Shown here: piece by piece, positions 1-12,819 of the stretch
Layout of the letters: each line of letters starts with the position of its first letter
Position numbering within the stretch: the stretch's first letter is position 1
NCBI GenBank assembly: GCA_964016885.1
Contig: OZ024740.1
Coordinates: forward strand, 337,590,001-337,654,000
Reading direction: 5' to 3'
DNA length: 64,000 nt
From: Eledone cirrhosa
Taxonomy: Eukaryota
Translations under genes and position numbers: made by a program
The notes under the pieces: generated by a model
What the model saw: the letters and a program-made list of their open reading frames with translations, nothing else
What the model was told of the DNA's origin: nothing
The model's database searches: none

Positions 1-531
1 TGTGTGTATGTGTGGATATCTGTATATATATATATATATATATATGTATGTAAGCACATACTTATGGACAGGACTAAATCTTATAACAATACTTTAATGT
101 TCACATCATTATTTACTTTTACTGTTATTAATAACTTCTGTCATTTTCATTTAATAATTTTATCTACATTATTCTCAAACTCTGGAGCTGGAAATCATTT
201 GGTTATTCTAAATAGAATATTAATCTAATGATTTCTTTTATAGCATAAATGTGTTTTTGTCTTTGCAAGAAATTGTTCTTGTCACTCCACATAACGACGT
301 AATTATCCTCATTTCTTTTCTGTCCATTTCCAGTGAAGGTCTTCATGAACCAGAGTATCGTCTTCCTGTTTTCCTTTGGTTGTAACGTTTTTCGAACTAT
401 TTACTTCTGCGTTCACAGATTGATTTTTTTAGTTTCAGCAGATTCTGCAAAGGGTGAAAGTAGTGATTCTTTGCTTAAACTTCAATCTGTTCTTATAATA
501 AATATATATATATATACATACATACATACAT

Positions 532-602
<71 letters not shown>

Positions 603-609
<7 letters not shown>

Positions 610-820
610 TGTAAAGTGGACGTGTAGGCGCCACGAAAAAGCACCCAGCACTCACTGTAAATGAGGTTGGTGTTAGGAAGGGCATCCAGCTGTAGAAATC
701 AAGCCAAATCAGTTCCTGTATGAGCAAGGCATGGTCAGCCGACCAGACACTGCCCACAACAGGACAACCCGTCTAACCCATGCTAGCGTGAAAGAACGGA
801 CGTAAAACGGTGATGATGAT
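603..820 (+). mobile_element. 3' terminal fragment of RTE LINE family B
   Basis: Near-identical to 48755-48975; ends ...ggacgtaaaacggtgatgatgat; flanked by (TA)n. Confidence 0.85.
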
Positions 821-859
821 ACATATATATACATATATATATATATCTTCTTCCAATTA

Positions 860-1470
860 TTCCTGAGAGGATCATGGGGGAAGAATTCTCAGACACTCCT
901 ACCAGTGGGTCCTGTCAGAAGCAACCATCTCCAACTGATCAGGCTGGATCTCCAAGCGAGACCAGCCAAGCTCATATATGTTATCCAACCATCTTGCTGG
1001 GGGGTCTATCCTTGGGTCTCTTCCCATAAAATCTGTCCAGCGATTCTTTCCTGAGACATTCTAACCACATGCCCATAGTATCAAAGCTGTGATCTCTCAA
1101 TTCGGAGAAGTAGTGGCTCCATGTGGAGTGACTCCCTGATCTATGAGCTATGTATTCTATAAAGTTACTCCAAAGACTCTTCAGAGGAACCCCATTTCAG
1201 CCACTTGTATTTGCAATTATATTCTTTTGGTCATTACCCAAGATTCATGACCACAGGTAAGGGTTGGCACAAATACTGAATTGAAGAAATCAAGTTTGGC
1301 TTTTACGCCTACCTCCCTTCTTCTGATTACTGAATGCTGAAGTTAGCACATTACTGCACCAGCTCCTGCAATTCTTGCATTTAATTCAGCCTCCTACTTT
1401 CCATCACTTTTGAACATGGTCCCGAGATACTTGAACTTTTCCACTTGCTTCAGTGGCACTACATTCACAC
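860..1470 (-). mobile_element. Decayed 3' part of an Expander/Rex3-like RTE LINE
   Basis: Reverse complement resembles 19374-19990 and 35190-35830 (KQVEKFKYLG... region); contains stops and frameshifts. Confidence 0.7.
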
Positions 1471-1784
1471 GTAGACTGCTCTACGTAGACTTCCAAATTA
1501 ATTATGTATATATAGAAATAAAATTTAGAATTTTATTTCTCGCTCTAGCACAGCTTAAACATGAATGTAAGTATGCATACATGCACACATATATACACAC
1601 ATATATATATATGAATATGTATATATATATATATACACACATATATATATATATATATATATGTATGTACGGGTTATATCGAACATTAATAATAACATTT
1701 GATTCATTTGAAAGCAAATGGCCTTACAAAGAGTGTTGTGCCGATGGCCAATTGTCATCCATTTTTTCAACACTGGCATCAAGG

Positions 1785-1830
1785 AACAATCAACATGTTT
1801 CTGGATCATTACTCTTCATCAGGACTGTTT
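1785..1830 (-). ncRNA. Type I hammerhead motif, degenerate stem II
   Basis: Minus strand aacagtc-CTGATGA-agagtaatgatcca-GAAA-catg-TT-gattgtt; stem I pairs, stem III palindromic. Confidence 0.5.
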
Positions 1831-2689
1831 ACTTCTCCGCCAATCTGTTGAATGGTTGAAAATTATAGTATTTTCTGAAGTATACGTAGGCATACTTACA
1901 TTTATGTGTCAGCTGTGCTAGAGCGAGAAATATAATTCTAATTTTATTTTTAATTTTCAGCAAGGTCAGCCGAAACTCACTCAGTATGCAAATGAGGCTT
2001 ATCAGACGATGTATTACCTGCTATCTTTAATATACAGCTAAACTGACACCTCGTTTGTGCTTTACCATTCATGCAGTTAACACCATATATATGTACACAT
2101 CACTCTTTATTTATTTTCCATTAACCTGTACGAATCTACATTTATTGCCCTTTTATCACTATAATTTATCATCACAGTCATTATACATAGTTCATGCACA
2201 AATATAGATAGAAAGGGAGGGGAGGAGGAGGAGAAACATTTTGTTGTCAGCACAGAACAATTTTCAAAACGTCTTCCCTGCTTTTCTCACTTTAACTACT
2301 TTAGTTTCATCACTACAACCATCTTAAGTACTAATTAGATTTCTGAAAGGTAATTGTGCAGAAGCTTGTCATGAATTATAACTCACAACACTTATTGGGT
2401 TTCACGATTCAATACTAAAAAATAAAATCCCCCCCCTCCCCCCCAAAAATACCCAACCAAAGAACAAAAATAAAACATTAAAAATGTTGGAACATTTGTT
2501 GTAATTTTTGTCAGATTCTGCAGTGAGAATCAAGTCATCAGAGCATATAAAATTCTCCAACACACCTGATCTTGAATTCTTGTGGTTATTGCTGCAAGGA
2601 CTGTAAGTAAACGTCCTCATGCAAACCCAAATTGGATCTTATTTAAATTAATCCTACTTTGTACTAACTTGATTATGACTCTTCTAGTT

Positions 2690-2910
2690 TTAACCCTTTA
2701 GCATTTACACTACTCTATATATACTATTGTATTTTCGCAGTGAATGCTTTATCTCACATAATATTTCACATAATATCGAATCTATAAGATTTTGATATTA
2801 TTTCTTTTGAGAACAATACCTCAACATCAGTATGAGTGGCCAATTATGGCCAGTTTGAACAGAAAGAAGTGAAAGAATTCTGGCCAGATACAGCCGGTTT
2901 AAATGCTAAA
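2690..2910. mobile_element. TTAA MITE (piggyBac-like), older copy of 51652-51872
   Basis: Starts ttaaccctttagcattta, ends tttaaatgctaaa; internal sequence matches the 51.7 kb copy. Confidence 0.65.
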
Positions 2911-3112
2911 TCAGAATGCATGTGTACAATAATGTATGTATAATAATTATTTATATAAAGGGTAAAAAAACAACATAAGAAATGGTGGATTGGCAAAGTT
3001 GTTAGGGTGCCAGATTAAATACTTTTGTATCTGTTTTGGCTCACTGCATTCTGAGTTCAAATCCTGCTGAGATCAAGCTTACCTTCCATCATTCTAGAGT
3101 TATATATATGTA

Positions 3113-3144
<32 letters not shown>

Positions 3145-3926
3145 CATATATATACGCTGTTTTGCTATTACATAGAAATGATTTTTCTCCAATTTTTTCT
3201 CCGATTTCTCCGAAAAATCTATAAGTTTAGAAAAATTCCTATATTTTAAACATAAAAAGTCCTTTATTGTATGTATATATATGTATGTGTATGTATATAT
3301 ATATGTGTATGTATACATATATGTGTGCGTATGTATATATATGAATATATTCTTTTAATAATATATAGTTTTAATAATATATAGATTTTAATAATATATA
3401 GATCTCAATTTTAATGTATAGATCTCAATAATTTAATTGATAATTTAATTGATAAACTAAACATTTAATCATATTTAAACACTGGTTAAAATTCTCCAGT
3501 TATTATTATTTATTTATTTTCTATTCGCGCTTACTTACTTTTCCTAACTCATCCAATAAATATTTATTTTTTCACTTCATCTTAAAAGTTAGGCTAATAC
3601 AACAACCTACCACTTAGGGCTTTCTCTTTCTCTTTTCTTTTTTTCTTCTCTTTCTCTTTCTCTTTCTCTTTCTCTTGTTTTCTTATTTTCCTCTTAGAGT
3701 TTGCTCTTTTTTTTTCTCTTTTTTCTCTTTTTTCTCTTTTTTCTCTTTCTTTTCTTTCCCTTTTTCCATACCCCAACGGATTATTTTAAATCTACTGTGA
3801 TTTAAACATATCCGACACTAATTTGCATAATAGACTAAATAAATTAAATAACTCCACTATCCGGGAGCTTCCAACAGAAATGGTTGCATTCTTTAAGGAT
3901 ATGTCAATATTTATTTATAAAAGTGA

Positions 3927-4007
3927 CCTATATTATATTTTATCTGATGAAAGCACACCATAATTTAACTTGGTGTCCTTGAAATATGTATAATGAAATA
4001 AATATGG
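3927..4007 (+). ncRNA. Type I minimal hammerhead ribozyme
   Basis: CTGATGA 3944-3950; stem II aagcacacca/tggtgtcctt; GAAA 3981-3984; quasi-palindromic stem III tatgta; predicted cleavage after TA 3992; ~15-bp stem I. Confidence 0.8.
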
Positions 4008-4159
4008 TTTTATAAATATAGTTTCCATTTGTTAATATATCGTATATCATCATCATCATCATCAACGTTTAACGTCCGTGTTCCACGCTTGCATGGGTTT
4101 TATATATATATATATATTTTTTAATGATCGACTTTCGTCAAATCGGACCAAGGAAACAA

Positions 4160-4315
4160 TAATACTATCTATTGGTCGCAACTCCAGGTAGAAGGAGCAA
4201 CGTGAAATAAAGTGTCTTGCTCAAGGACATAGCGCATCACCCGGTCCGGGAATCGAACTCACAACCTCACGATTGCGAATCCAATTATCTAACCACTCAG
4301 CGACACACCTTCACA
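4160..4315 (-). mobile_element. tRNA-derived SINE, CORE-like family
   Basis: Minus strand gagtggttaga...gagttcgattccc (A/B-box-like) then gtccttgagcaagacactttatttcac; related copies near 15600, 21440, 35965, 39560. Confidence 0.7.
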
Positions 4316-4320
4316 ATGTT

Positions 4321-4351
<31 letters not shown>

Positions 4352-4397
4352 GTATATATATATAATATATATATGTATATATATATAATATATATAT

Positions 4398-5741
4398 AAC
4401 AGATGCCCTCTTCTTGGTGAGACAAATGCAAGAGAGGTTCTTAGAGAAGAATAAGTCACTATACTTAGCCTTTGTTGACCTAGAGAAGGCCTTTGATAGG
4501 GTACCCCGATCTGTCATCTGGTGGTCCCTAAGGAAGCTGGGTGTTGAGGAATGGCTTGTAAGGACAGTGCAAACTTTGTACAGAGGTACTCTCAGTAAAG
4601 TCAGGGTAGGAATGGAGTTTAGTGAGGAATTCCAGATACAAGTAGGAGTACATCAGGGTTCAGTCCTCAGCCCACTCTTGTTCATTATAGTCCTCCAAGC
4701 CATAACAGAGGAGTTTAAGACTGGCTGTCCATGGGAACTTCTCTATACTGACGATCTGGCTCTTATGGCAGAATCAGTAGAGGAGCTAGAGAATAAATTC
4801 CGGCTATGGAAACAGCAGTTGGAAGCAAGAGGACTGAGAGTAAATCTAGCTAAGACAAAAGTGTTGATGAGTAGAAAAGAGGACAAAACCCTGATTCCGT
4901 CAGGGAAATGGCCATGTTCGATATGCAGAAAAGGAACTGGCATAAATTCTATAAAATGCACACAATGTAGGTCCTGGGTACACAAGAGATGTAGCGGGAT
5001 AGCAGGCAAACTAACAGGTAGGGAGAAATATGTATGCAGTAGATGTACAGGGAAATTAGACAGTAGAAGTCGCACTGATAGACACATTTTTCAAATGCGA
5101 GAGGGCGCTATAGAAGTGGTGGATAGCTTCCGGTACCTAGGAGATCAGATTAGCATGGGAGGAGGGTGTTCCGAGGCCATAGTATCTAGAATAAGGACGG
5201 GTTGGAAGAAGTTTAGGGAGCTGCTTCCTCTGTTGACGAAGAAGGGTTTCTCCCTGCGTACGAAAGGCCGGTTGTATGATGCCTGTGTGAGGAGCGCGAT
5301 GCTGCATGGTAGTGAGACATGGGCAGCTACCGCAGAAGATATGCGACGGCTGGAGAGAAATGAGGCAAGCATGCTCCGTTGGATATGCAGTGTAAATGTG
5401 CGTGAACGACCCAGCATAAATGTGTTGAGAGAGAAACTGTGTCTGAGAGGGATAGAATGTAGTGTACGGGAGAGGAAACTGAGGTGGTATGGACATGTGA
5501 TGCGCATGGAGGATGACCGATGGGTGAAGAAGTGCCAGGAAATGCCAGTTGAAGGAAGACGTGGTAGAGGTAGACCACAAAAAACATGGGCGGAGGTGGT
5601 GAGAACAGACCTCAGATCATTGAAGCTCACGGTGGAGATGACGAGGGACCGTGACGAGTGGAGAGATGCTGTGCTGAATAAGACCCGTCCCACCCTTGCA
5701 AGCAGGGAAAAGCGGACGTAAAATGATGATGATGATGATGA

Positions 5742-5745
<4 letters not shown>
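4398..5745 (+). mobile_element. 5'-truncated RTE LINE family A with (GAT)n tail
   Basis: RT ORF followed directly by ggacgtaaaatgatgatg tail; inserted in (TA)n. Confidence 0.9.
4414..5721 (+). CDS. RTE reverse transcriptase, C-terminal 435 aa
   Basis: AFVDLEKAFDRV, GVHQGSVLSPLLF, LYTDD (YADD variant), Cys/His PHD-like insert CSIC...CTQC..WVHKRC...CSRC, RLRWYGHV-type C-terminus. Confidence 0.9.
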   Translation: MVRQMQERFLEKNKSLYLAFVDLEKAFDRVPRSVIWWSLRKLGVEEWLVRTVQTLYRGTLSKVRVGMEFSEEFQIQVGVHQGSVLSPLLFIIVLQAITEEFKTGCPWELLYTDDLALMAESVEELENKFRLWKQQLEARGLRVNLAKTKVLMSRKEDKTLIPSGKWPCSICRKGTGINSIKCTQCRSWVHKRCSGIAGKLTGREKYVCSRCTGKLDSRSRTDRHIFQMREGAIEVVDSFRYLGDQISMGGGCSEAIVSRIRTGWKKFRELLPLLTKKGFSLRTKGRLYDACVRSAMLHGSETWAATAEDMRRLERNEASMLRWICSVNVRERPSINVLREKLCLRGIECSVRERKLRWYGHVMRMEDDRWVKKCQEMPVEGRRGRGRPQKTWAEVVRTDLRSLKLTVEMTRDRDEWRDAVLNKTRPTLASREKRT

Positions 5746-5786
<41 letters not shown>

Positions 5787-5787
<1 letters not shown>

Positions 5788-6285
5788 CATCATCATCATC
5801 ATCAACGTTTAACGTCCGTGTTCCACGCTTGCATGGGTTTGGACGGGGGTAGTCCCACTTGAGGCAAGAGTGATTGTCTTGCTCGCATAGGACTGTCTGG
5901 CAGGTTTTCTACAGTTGGATGCCCTTCCTAACACCAACCACATTTACAGTGTGGGTCTGGGAGGTTTTTACCGTGTTGCCTACACGGCCACATTACAGCG
6001 TGGACTGTGTGTTTTTTTGTCGTGACACCTACATGATCTCATTTGTTTCGGCCTGGATGGCGCGGCACCAACATAACTTTACATAGAACGGGGTGGTGTG
6101 GATGGGGTGGGGGTGGTGGCGGGACGGGGGTGTATTTTGTTAGAGATGCCTACTGGCAAGGCGGGTCTTCTCTGTTACTGAGTACCGCCAAAGGTCTCGG
6201 TCCAGTGACATTGTCTTGGAGAGGTGTAAGTGTGTGAGGTCGGAGTTTATCAGCTCATCCCATGTTTTTCTAGGTCTGCCTATTC
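5787..6285 (-). mobile_element. 3' fragment of RTE family C
   Basis: Near-identical to 53757-54270 with a short internal deletion; (GAT)n tail. Confidence 0.85.
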
Positions 6286-6332
6286 TATATATATGTATAT
6301 ATATATATAATATATATATGTATATATATATA

Positions 6333-6363
<31 letters not shown>

Positions 6364-6372
6364 TATATACCA

Positions 6373-7510
6373 CTCCGAATAAATTGGTGTGGGGTAAAGA
6401 AGTCCCCTAAGTCCAGTAAGACAACTTCTGTAGTGTTGGTGGCACGAATAAAAGCACCCTGTCCATGCTGTAAAAATGGAGGGGTGGGTAGGGCCCCTGA
6501 GTCCAGTAAGACGACCTCTCTAGTGCTGGTGGCACAAATAAAAGCACCCAGTCCATGCTGTAAAGTGATGCTGGTGTTAGGAAGGGAATCCAACCAATAT
6601 ATATACTACTGCCAAAAAACTATGAGCACAACAAATGAGAATTGCAACAACTGCGTCAACAGTTAAGGCTGTGCACAGTAGTGGGGTGGCTGGTGAGGCC
6701 ATGTGCGAGAACCCTCCGACCGTCATCAAGCAATCGCACAACAACAACAACTGCGTCAACAGCAATAACACTAACCCTATTAGGGCTGCACAGAGTAGTG
6801 GGGTGGCTGGTGAGGCCATGTGTGAGAACCCCCCAACCGTCATCAAGCAATCTTACTACAGGAAAAAGAACAAGAATATGAAGACGTCGCGTCTCAGAGT
6901 TGCCACACTTAATGTTGGCACTCTAACAGGTAGATCTGGTGAGATAGTGGAGAGAAGGCATGTGGATGTGTGCTGCATGCAAGAAGTGAGATGGAGAGGT
7001 GCCTCTGCAAGACTAATCGCAGGCAAACGTCTTAGTTATAAGCTTTTCTGGGTGGGTAATGATGATGGGTTAGGGGGAGTAGGCATTTTCCTGGCTGAGA
7101 GATGGATCAATAAGTCAATAGAGGTAGTTCGAGTTAGTAATAGAATAATTAAGCTTAGATTAGTTGTAGGCAAGAAACTACTGACAATCATGAGATGTGT
7201 TGAGAGAGAAACTATGTTTAAGAGGGATAAGTTGTAGTGTGTGGGAGAGAAGACTGTGATGGTATGGACATGTGATGAGCATGGAGGATGACCGCTGGGT
7301 AAAGAAGTGCCAAGAAATGCCAGTTGAAGGAAGATGTAGTAGAGGAAGACCACGAAAAACATTGGTGGAGGTGGTGAGAGCAGACCTCAGATCGCTGAAG
7401 CTCACGGTGGAGATGATGAAGGACCGTGAGAAGTGGAGAGATGCTGAATAGGACCCGTCCCACCCTTGCAAGCAGGGAAAAGCGGACGTAAAATGATGAT
7501 GATGATGATA
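6373..7510 (+). mobile_element. Internally deleted RTE: 5' UTR and APE N-terminus joined to ORF 3' end and tail
   Basis: ORF 6635-7237 has LRVATLNVGTL, CCMQEVRWRG, GGVGI (APE); from ~7190 it matches 5415-5745. Confidence 0.8.
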
Positions 7511-10472
7511 TATATATGCACACACATACACACAATATATCTATATGCAAAAAGTAAACAGAAAAAACAAAGCAAATGACATGTATTAACTTACTTGCAA
7601 TATTTTCATTTTTCACTAGTTTCCTCCTCAATCTTTTGAACATTTTGTGCAACTTGTGCAACCCTAACCTCATATGGGGTCATAACCTTGCTAGAGATAA
7701 CAGCCAAATACACATAAAATCACATTTTATTGTTTCAAAACACCAAGAACACATTAGATGATATAATCCAAGACACAATATGTCTGAAAAAAAAATGGGA
7801 TGATCATGGTTGGAATGTCTTTGATCACAAGGCTGATCTGGGGCTAAACAACTAGTTTGTTTTAACATATTTTATTTACCCCATTTCTTTATTTATTTTT
7901 AGTAACCCACCATAAAAAAGAGTCATGCATTGAAATAAACCTGCTTATAGCATTAATGTCTTTCCGATTTCTTAAGATGGTTAGAAAACTCATAGATTTT
8001 CCCTGGCTTTGCTTCTTTTTATGTTAAAAGAAACAACACATGAAACTGCTCGTGATCTTAAATCTCACCACGTCGTAATCCTCTACTACTTGCCATTCCT
8101 TGTAACAACCAAAGCAATCACATTGACAGAGCTGTTGTCTGTCAAAGGAAGGAAGCAAACTACTTGTATATGGAGATTAACGCTTTCAGTTTATCTCTGA
8201 ATGTTTTGACATTAAAGATTCACTTGATCTAATGCGTTATTCTCTCGATTACATAGACAGTTGCACTGTATATATCTGTTATTTCATGATGTACACACAT
8301 TACTGTTATACTATATCCTTAACTATATCTTTCCTTATATTTTTATGCTTTCTTTCTAGACAATATTCTGTTTATTCCTTGTTTGATCTTCCTCAAATAA
8401 TTCAGATTTAAATTTAATCCCAGATTTAAATTTAGTTGAAGATAAAAGAGAAGTTCAAGAATTGAGAGGCTTCTGTTGCAAAATACGAAATTTCAGGCTT
8501 CAAACATTTGTGTAAATATAACTGAAATTATTTTTGTTATTATTAATGGCTCTCCATACTGAAAATCAGGTGATGCCTGTGAGGATGCTTGGTTATTCCA
8601 GTGCCTTAGCCATTGCTATAACTCATGGCAATGCATGAGTGTCTTGGCTTGCCTTCTCTGTTTTTTCTCTCTGACTGATTTTTGTTGATTTATGTTTTTT
8701 TAAAATCATATTTATAATATAAATTGTGCTTACATTTGCTGAGAATAAAAAAATTGACCCTGAGATTTGAAAACTATTAAAACTACATTTTATTATAACA
8801 TCAGTATATAGCACATGTTATTACTCTATAGAACATCATAGTATATGATGCATGGTATCAGTAGAGAATACATATTATTAGTAATATACATTATCACTAT
8901 ATGGTACATGTTATCATACTATAGTATATGTTATTACCTTAGAATACATACCATCAATGTACAATAGTATGCATTGGCATTCATTCATACATACATTCAT
9001 ACATACATATGCTCATATATGTATAATCATCCTCCTTATCATTATCATCATTTTTATGTCCACTTTTCAGTGCTTGGACAAATCTTCTTGAGGCAGTTAT
9101 TCTATGACCTGATTCCCTTCCTGATGCCATCCCATACTTTGTAAGTATGGTATATACTTATAATTCAAAGGGTCAGCCTTTTCTCATCAGAATCCCGAAT
9201 TTCCTAGAGAACTACATTATTAGTACAATGTGTCTGTGGAATTCTCAGCCACTTGCATGTTAATTACAAGAGTAGGCTGTTCAATTGTTTGGACAACTAG
9301 AGTACTCATTGTCAGAACTGATGAAGGATCAACAACAAAGTCAACAATATGGCTCATCTTTGTTGATTTCTCAACTCATCATCATCATCATTAGTTTATG
9401 TTTGCTTTCCATGCTGGCATGTGTTAGATGGATTGTTATAGTCAAAGTCAGTTCTTATTTAGAGTTAATGTCCCCTTAGATGGATCAGGGAACTATCTCT
9501 TGCTCATACATTCCAGAATTTTTCAGTGTTTCTAAGGCTAGATGTTTTTCTTACTGCCAATCACATAACAGAGTGCATTGGGTACATTTTATCATGGCAC
9601 CTGCATTGAAAAGGTTGTCATATCCTTGACAAGAGAGAAGAGTCCTTTCTACCCTACATTGTCTCTATTCAATCACCAGCCGCTTAACAGAGTACATTTT
9701 ATCATGGCACTGGCACAAGAGGGGTTGCTATGTCCTCTAAGACTATAGATCCTTCTCTACCCTATGTTGCCTCCTTTTGATTGTCAACTATTATAGGTAC
9801 ATTTTATAGGCGACGAATTGGCAGTCGTTAAAATGTCACATAAAATACTCTTTAAGTTCAAATCCCACCCAGGTCAAATTTGCCTTTCATCCATTTGAGG
9901 TCAATAAAAAAAGTATCAGTCTAGTACCGGCATCGATTCTTCTTCTATATCCCTTTCTCACTTCCATTCTCTCACTCTCTATTCTTCTCTGAAAGAAATC
10001 TACTGTATCAGACCTGTATCAGAGTTAATGTCCATTTAGATGGATCAGGGGACTATCTCTTGCTCATACATTCCAAACTTTTGCAATGTTTCTAAGGATA
10101 GATGTTTTTCTTACTGCCAATCACACACCATGGGGTGCATTTTACCATGGTTATTATTGGAAAGAGGAAAGAAAGTTTGACGTGTCAGGTTTAAGCCCTT
10201 CTTCAGCAGTAAAAATAGAGAAAGGATCACAATGGAGAAACAGAAAAAATGTCCAGTAAAGACATACAAAAAACGAAATATATATATATATAATTATTAA
10301 GGTATGTGTTAGTTTATCACTGACACTTTTGTATGCAGGGTAGAGCACTCACAGAAGTACACAAGTGGGTCTGTTTACTCCAGAGTATAATTATAATCAT
10401 GAAGTACAAGTCAACGGGTTATAATTCACGTAAATGAAGTGAGTTATAACCCATTGATTTGTACTTCATGAT

Positions 10473-10503
<31 letters not shown>

Positions 10504-10505
10504 AT

Positions 10506-10987
10506 ATAGATCAACATATAGAGTGAAGTACACATAGAAATATGTGTTTAATCATAAGGGATTAAAAACCACCAGTACTTAGGAATGGTGAATACAAGTC
10601 AATAAAAAGAATATATTAAAGAGTACTAACCATCCAATTATAACAATACAGGCTAGAAACTGCACATGTATTTCCTCTATACCATGCGTGTTTTCTTAGT
10701 TATCTTATATATTTATGTAGAAGTGTTGATCATATTGCTAGGCACCTGCCGATAAGCTACATCTACAATGTGGATTCTTCACTTTTTATAGTGAAGCATA
10801 CTCTTATTTGAGCATGTCCGGGTGCTATAGTTATAATTGGATGGTTAGTACTCTTTAACATATCCTTTTTATTGATTTGTATTCACCATTCCTTCCGTAG
10901 GTAATATGTTTGTCACTCTGGTGGCTTTTGATCCCCTATGATTGTACACATATCTCTATGTGTACTTCTCTCTATATGTTGATTTAT
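10506..10987. repeat. Inverted repeat (~140-bp arms) enclosing a fossil HHR
   Basis: 10506-10644 is the reverse complement of 10830-10987 with mismatches. Confidence 0.75.
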
Positions 10988-11014
10988 AAAGAGCTTGAAA
11001 TCTATTTCTTGAGC

Positions 11015-11377
<363 letters not shown>

Positions 11378-11384
11378 ATATATA

Positions 11385-11479
<95 letters not shown>

Positions 11480-12445
11480 TGAAAGTGAGTGAGAAAAAAT
11501 GAGAGAGAAAGAGGAAAACAGGCAGAAAGAAAGATAGATGCAGCCATATAAATATACAATTGTCTACATACTTACATATATACATATATACATACATGCA
11601 TACATATATACATACGTACATGCATACATACATACATACATACATACATACATACATACATACATACATACATACTTACATACATGCATATATATATATA
11701 TATATACATACATACCTGCATACATACATATATACATAGATAAATAAATATATATGTGCACATACACACATAGAAGTATCAATTATAAAATCCTAGAGGG
11801 AATGAGTTAAGATAAAGATGAGAAAAAATATAAAAATAAAACCCTTAAGAAAATAATAAATTACTGTACCTCTACCATGACTATTCAGATTTCTGGGAGC
11901 TACTTTGTGAGTAACGGAGAGCTGGATATTAAAGCTCTACCGCTATACTCTACCATGTGGTATGTTGTATCATATAGCATTACATAACACTATGTAATAT
12001 CATATGAAATCTTTTATCCTTCACCTTTACCCTTCTTTCCTGTCCTCTGTCATGTGTTTTAATCAATTGTGCTCCATATCATGCTTTTCTCTATGTAAAT
12101 CTATTATATTTCTTAGTAATTACAATTTTACTCATTTTCAGCTCATGGTTGGTACATTTCCCCATTTCTCTCCCTCTCTCTTTTTATGTGTAATTGTGCA
12201 ATTGTGTGTGCACACTTGTAGGTGTCCGTGTACATAAACACCTATGTATGGGTGTTAGACTGTAAGTGTACATGTACATATGTGCATATATACATATGTG
12301 TGTATGAATGTCAATGGGTGTTCATCTTCATCATCATCATCGTTTTTTCGTCCATTTTTCCATGCTTACATATATATATGTATATATATATATAAAATAA
12401 GATAAAATAAATAAGTCAAATGTTTAAAATTTAGCTTCGTTTATT

Positions 12446-12500
12446 ACTGCTATATATATTTCGGTGACAGCCATCTTTGGCTGTGACCTCTTCAGGCAGT
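12446..12500 (-). ncRNA. Type I minimal hammerhead ribozyme
   Basis: actgc-CTGAAGA-ggtcacagcc aaagat ggctgtcacc-GAAA-tatata-TA-gcagt. Confidence 0.85.
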
Positions 12501-12555
12501 CCGAATTAGTGTGGTATAGACAACATATGTACTTGTCTCTACCACACTAATTCGG

Positions 12556-12610
12556 ACTGCCTGAAGAGGTCACAGCCAAAGATGGCTATCACCAAAATAT
12601 ATATAGCAGT
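12556..12610 (+). ncRNA. Inverted HHR copy with core mutation (GAAA>AAAA)
   Basis: Other arm of the palindrome 12392-12665. Confidence 0.7.
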
Positions 12611-12784
12611 AATAAACAAAGCTAAATTTTAAACATTTGACTTATTTATTTTATCTTATTTTATATTACTCCGGAGTAACAAAACCAACCTGCGCACTTC
12701 GTCGAGTGTTCCAATCTGCATACTGAGGTATTGGTATACAACCAAGATATACTCAAAATCTATATATATATATATATGTATATG

Positions 12785-12819
<35 letters not shown>

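Noticed and set aside
4-757. YIYIYI/IYIY ORFs here and throughout the window
   Set aside because: Translations of (TA)n and (CATA)n microsatellites
2515-2602. Apparent plus-strand exon (tttgtcag|...|gtaagt, one open frame)
   Set aside because: Minus strand reads like a decayed RTE RT motif (QEFK..., SDDLILTAES versus YADDLALIAES), so it is more likely a LINE relic
3594-3776. Lys/Glu/Arg-rich ORF
   Set aside because: Low-complexity purine tract; same for 17974-18243 (GA)n
4743-5693. Antisense ORFs overlapping RT genes
   Set aside because: Shadow frames of LINE and PLE ORFs
9140-9340. CTGATGA matches at ~9183 (-) and ~9318 (+)
   Set aside because: No GAAA with compatible stems I-III
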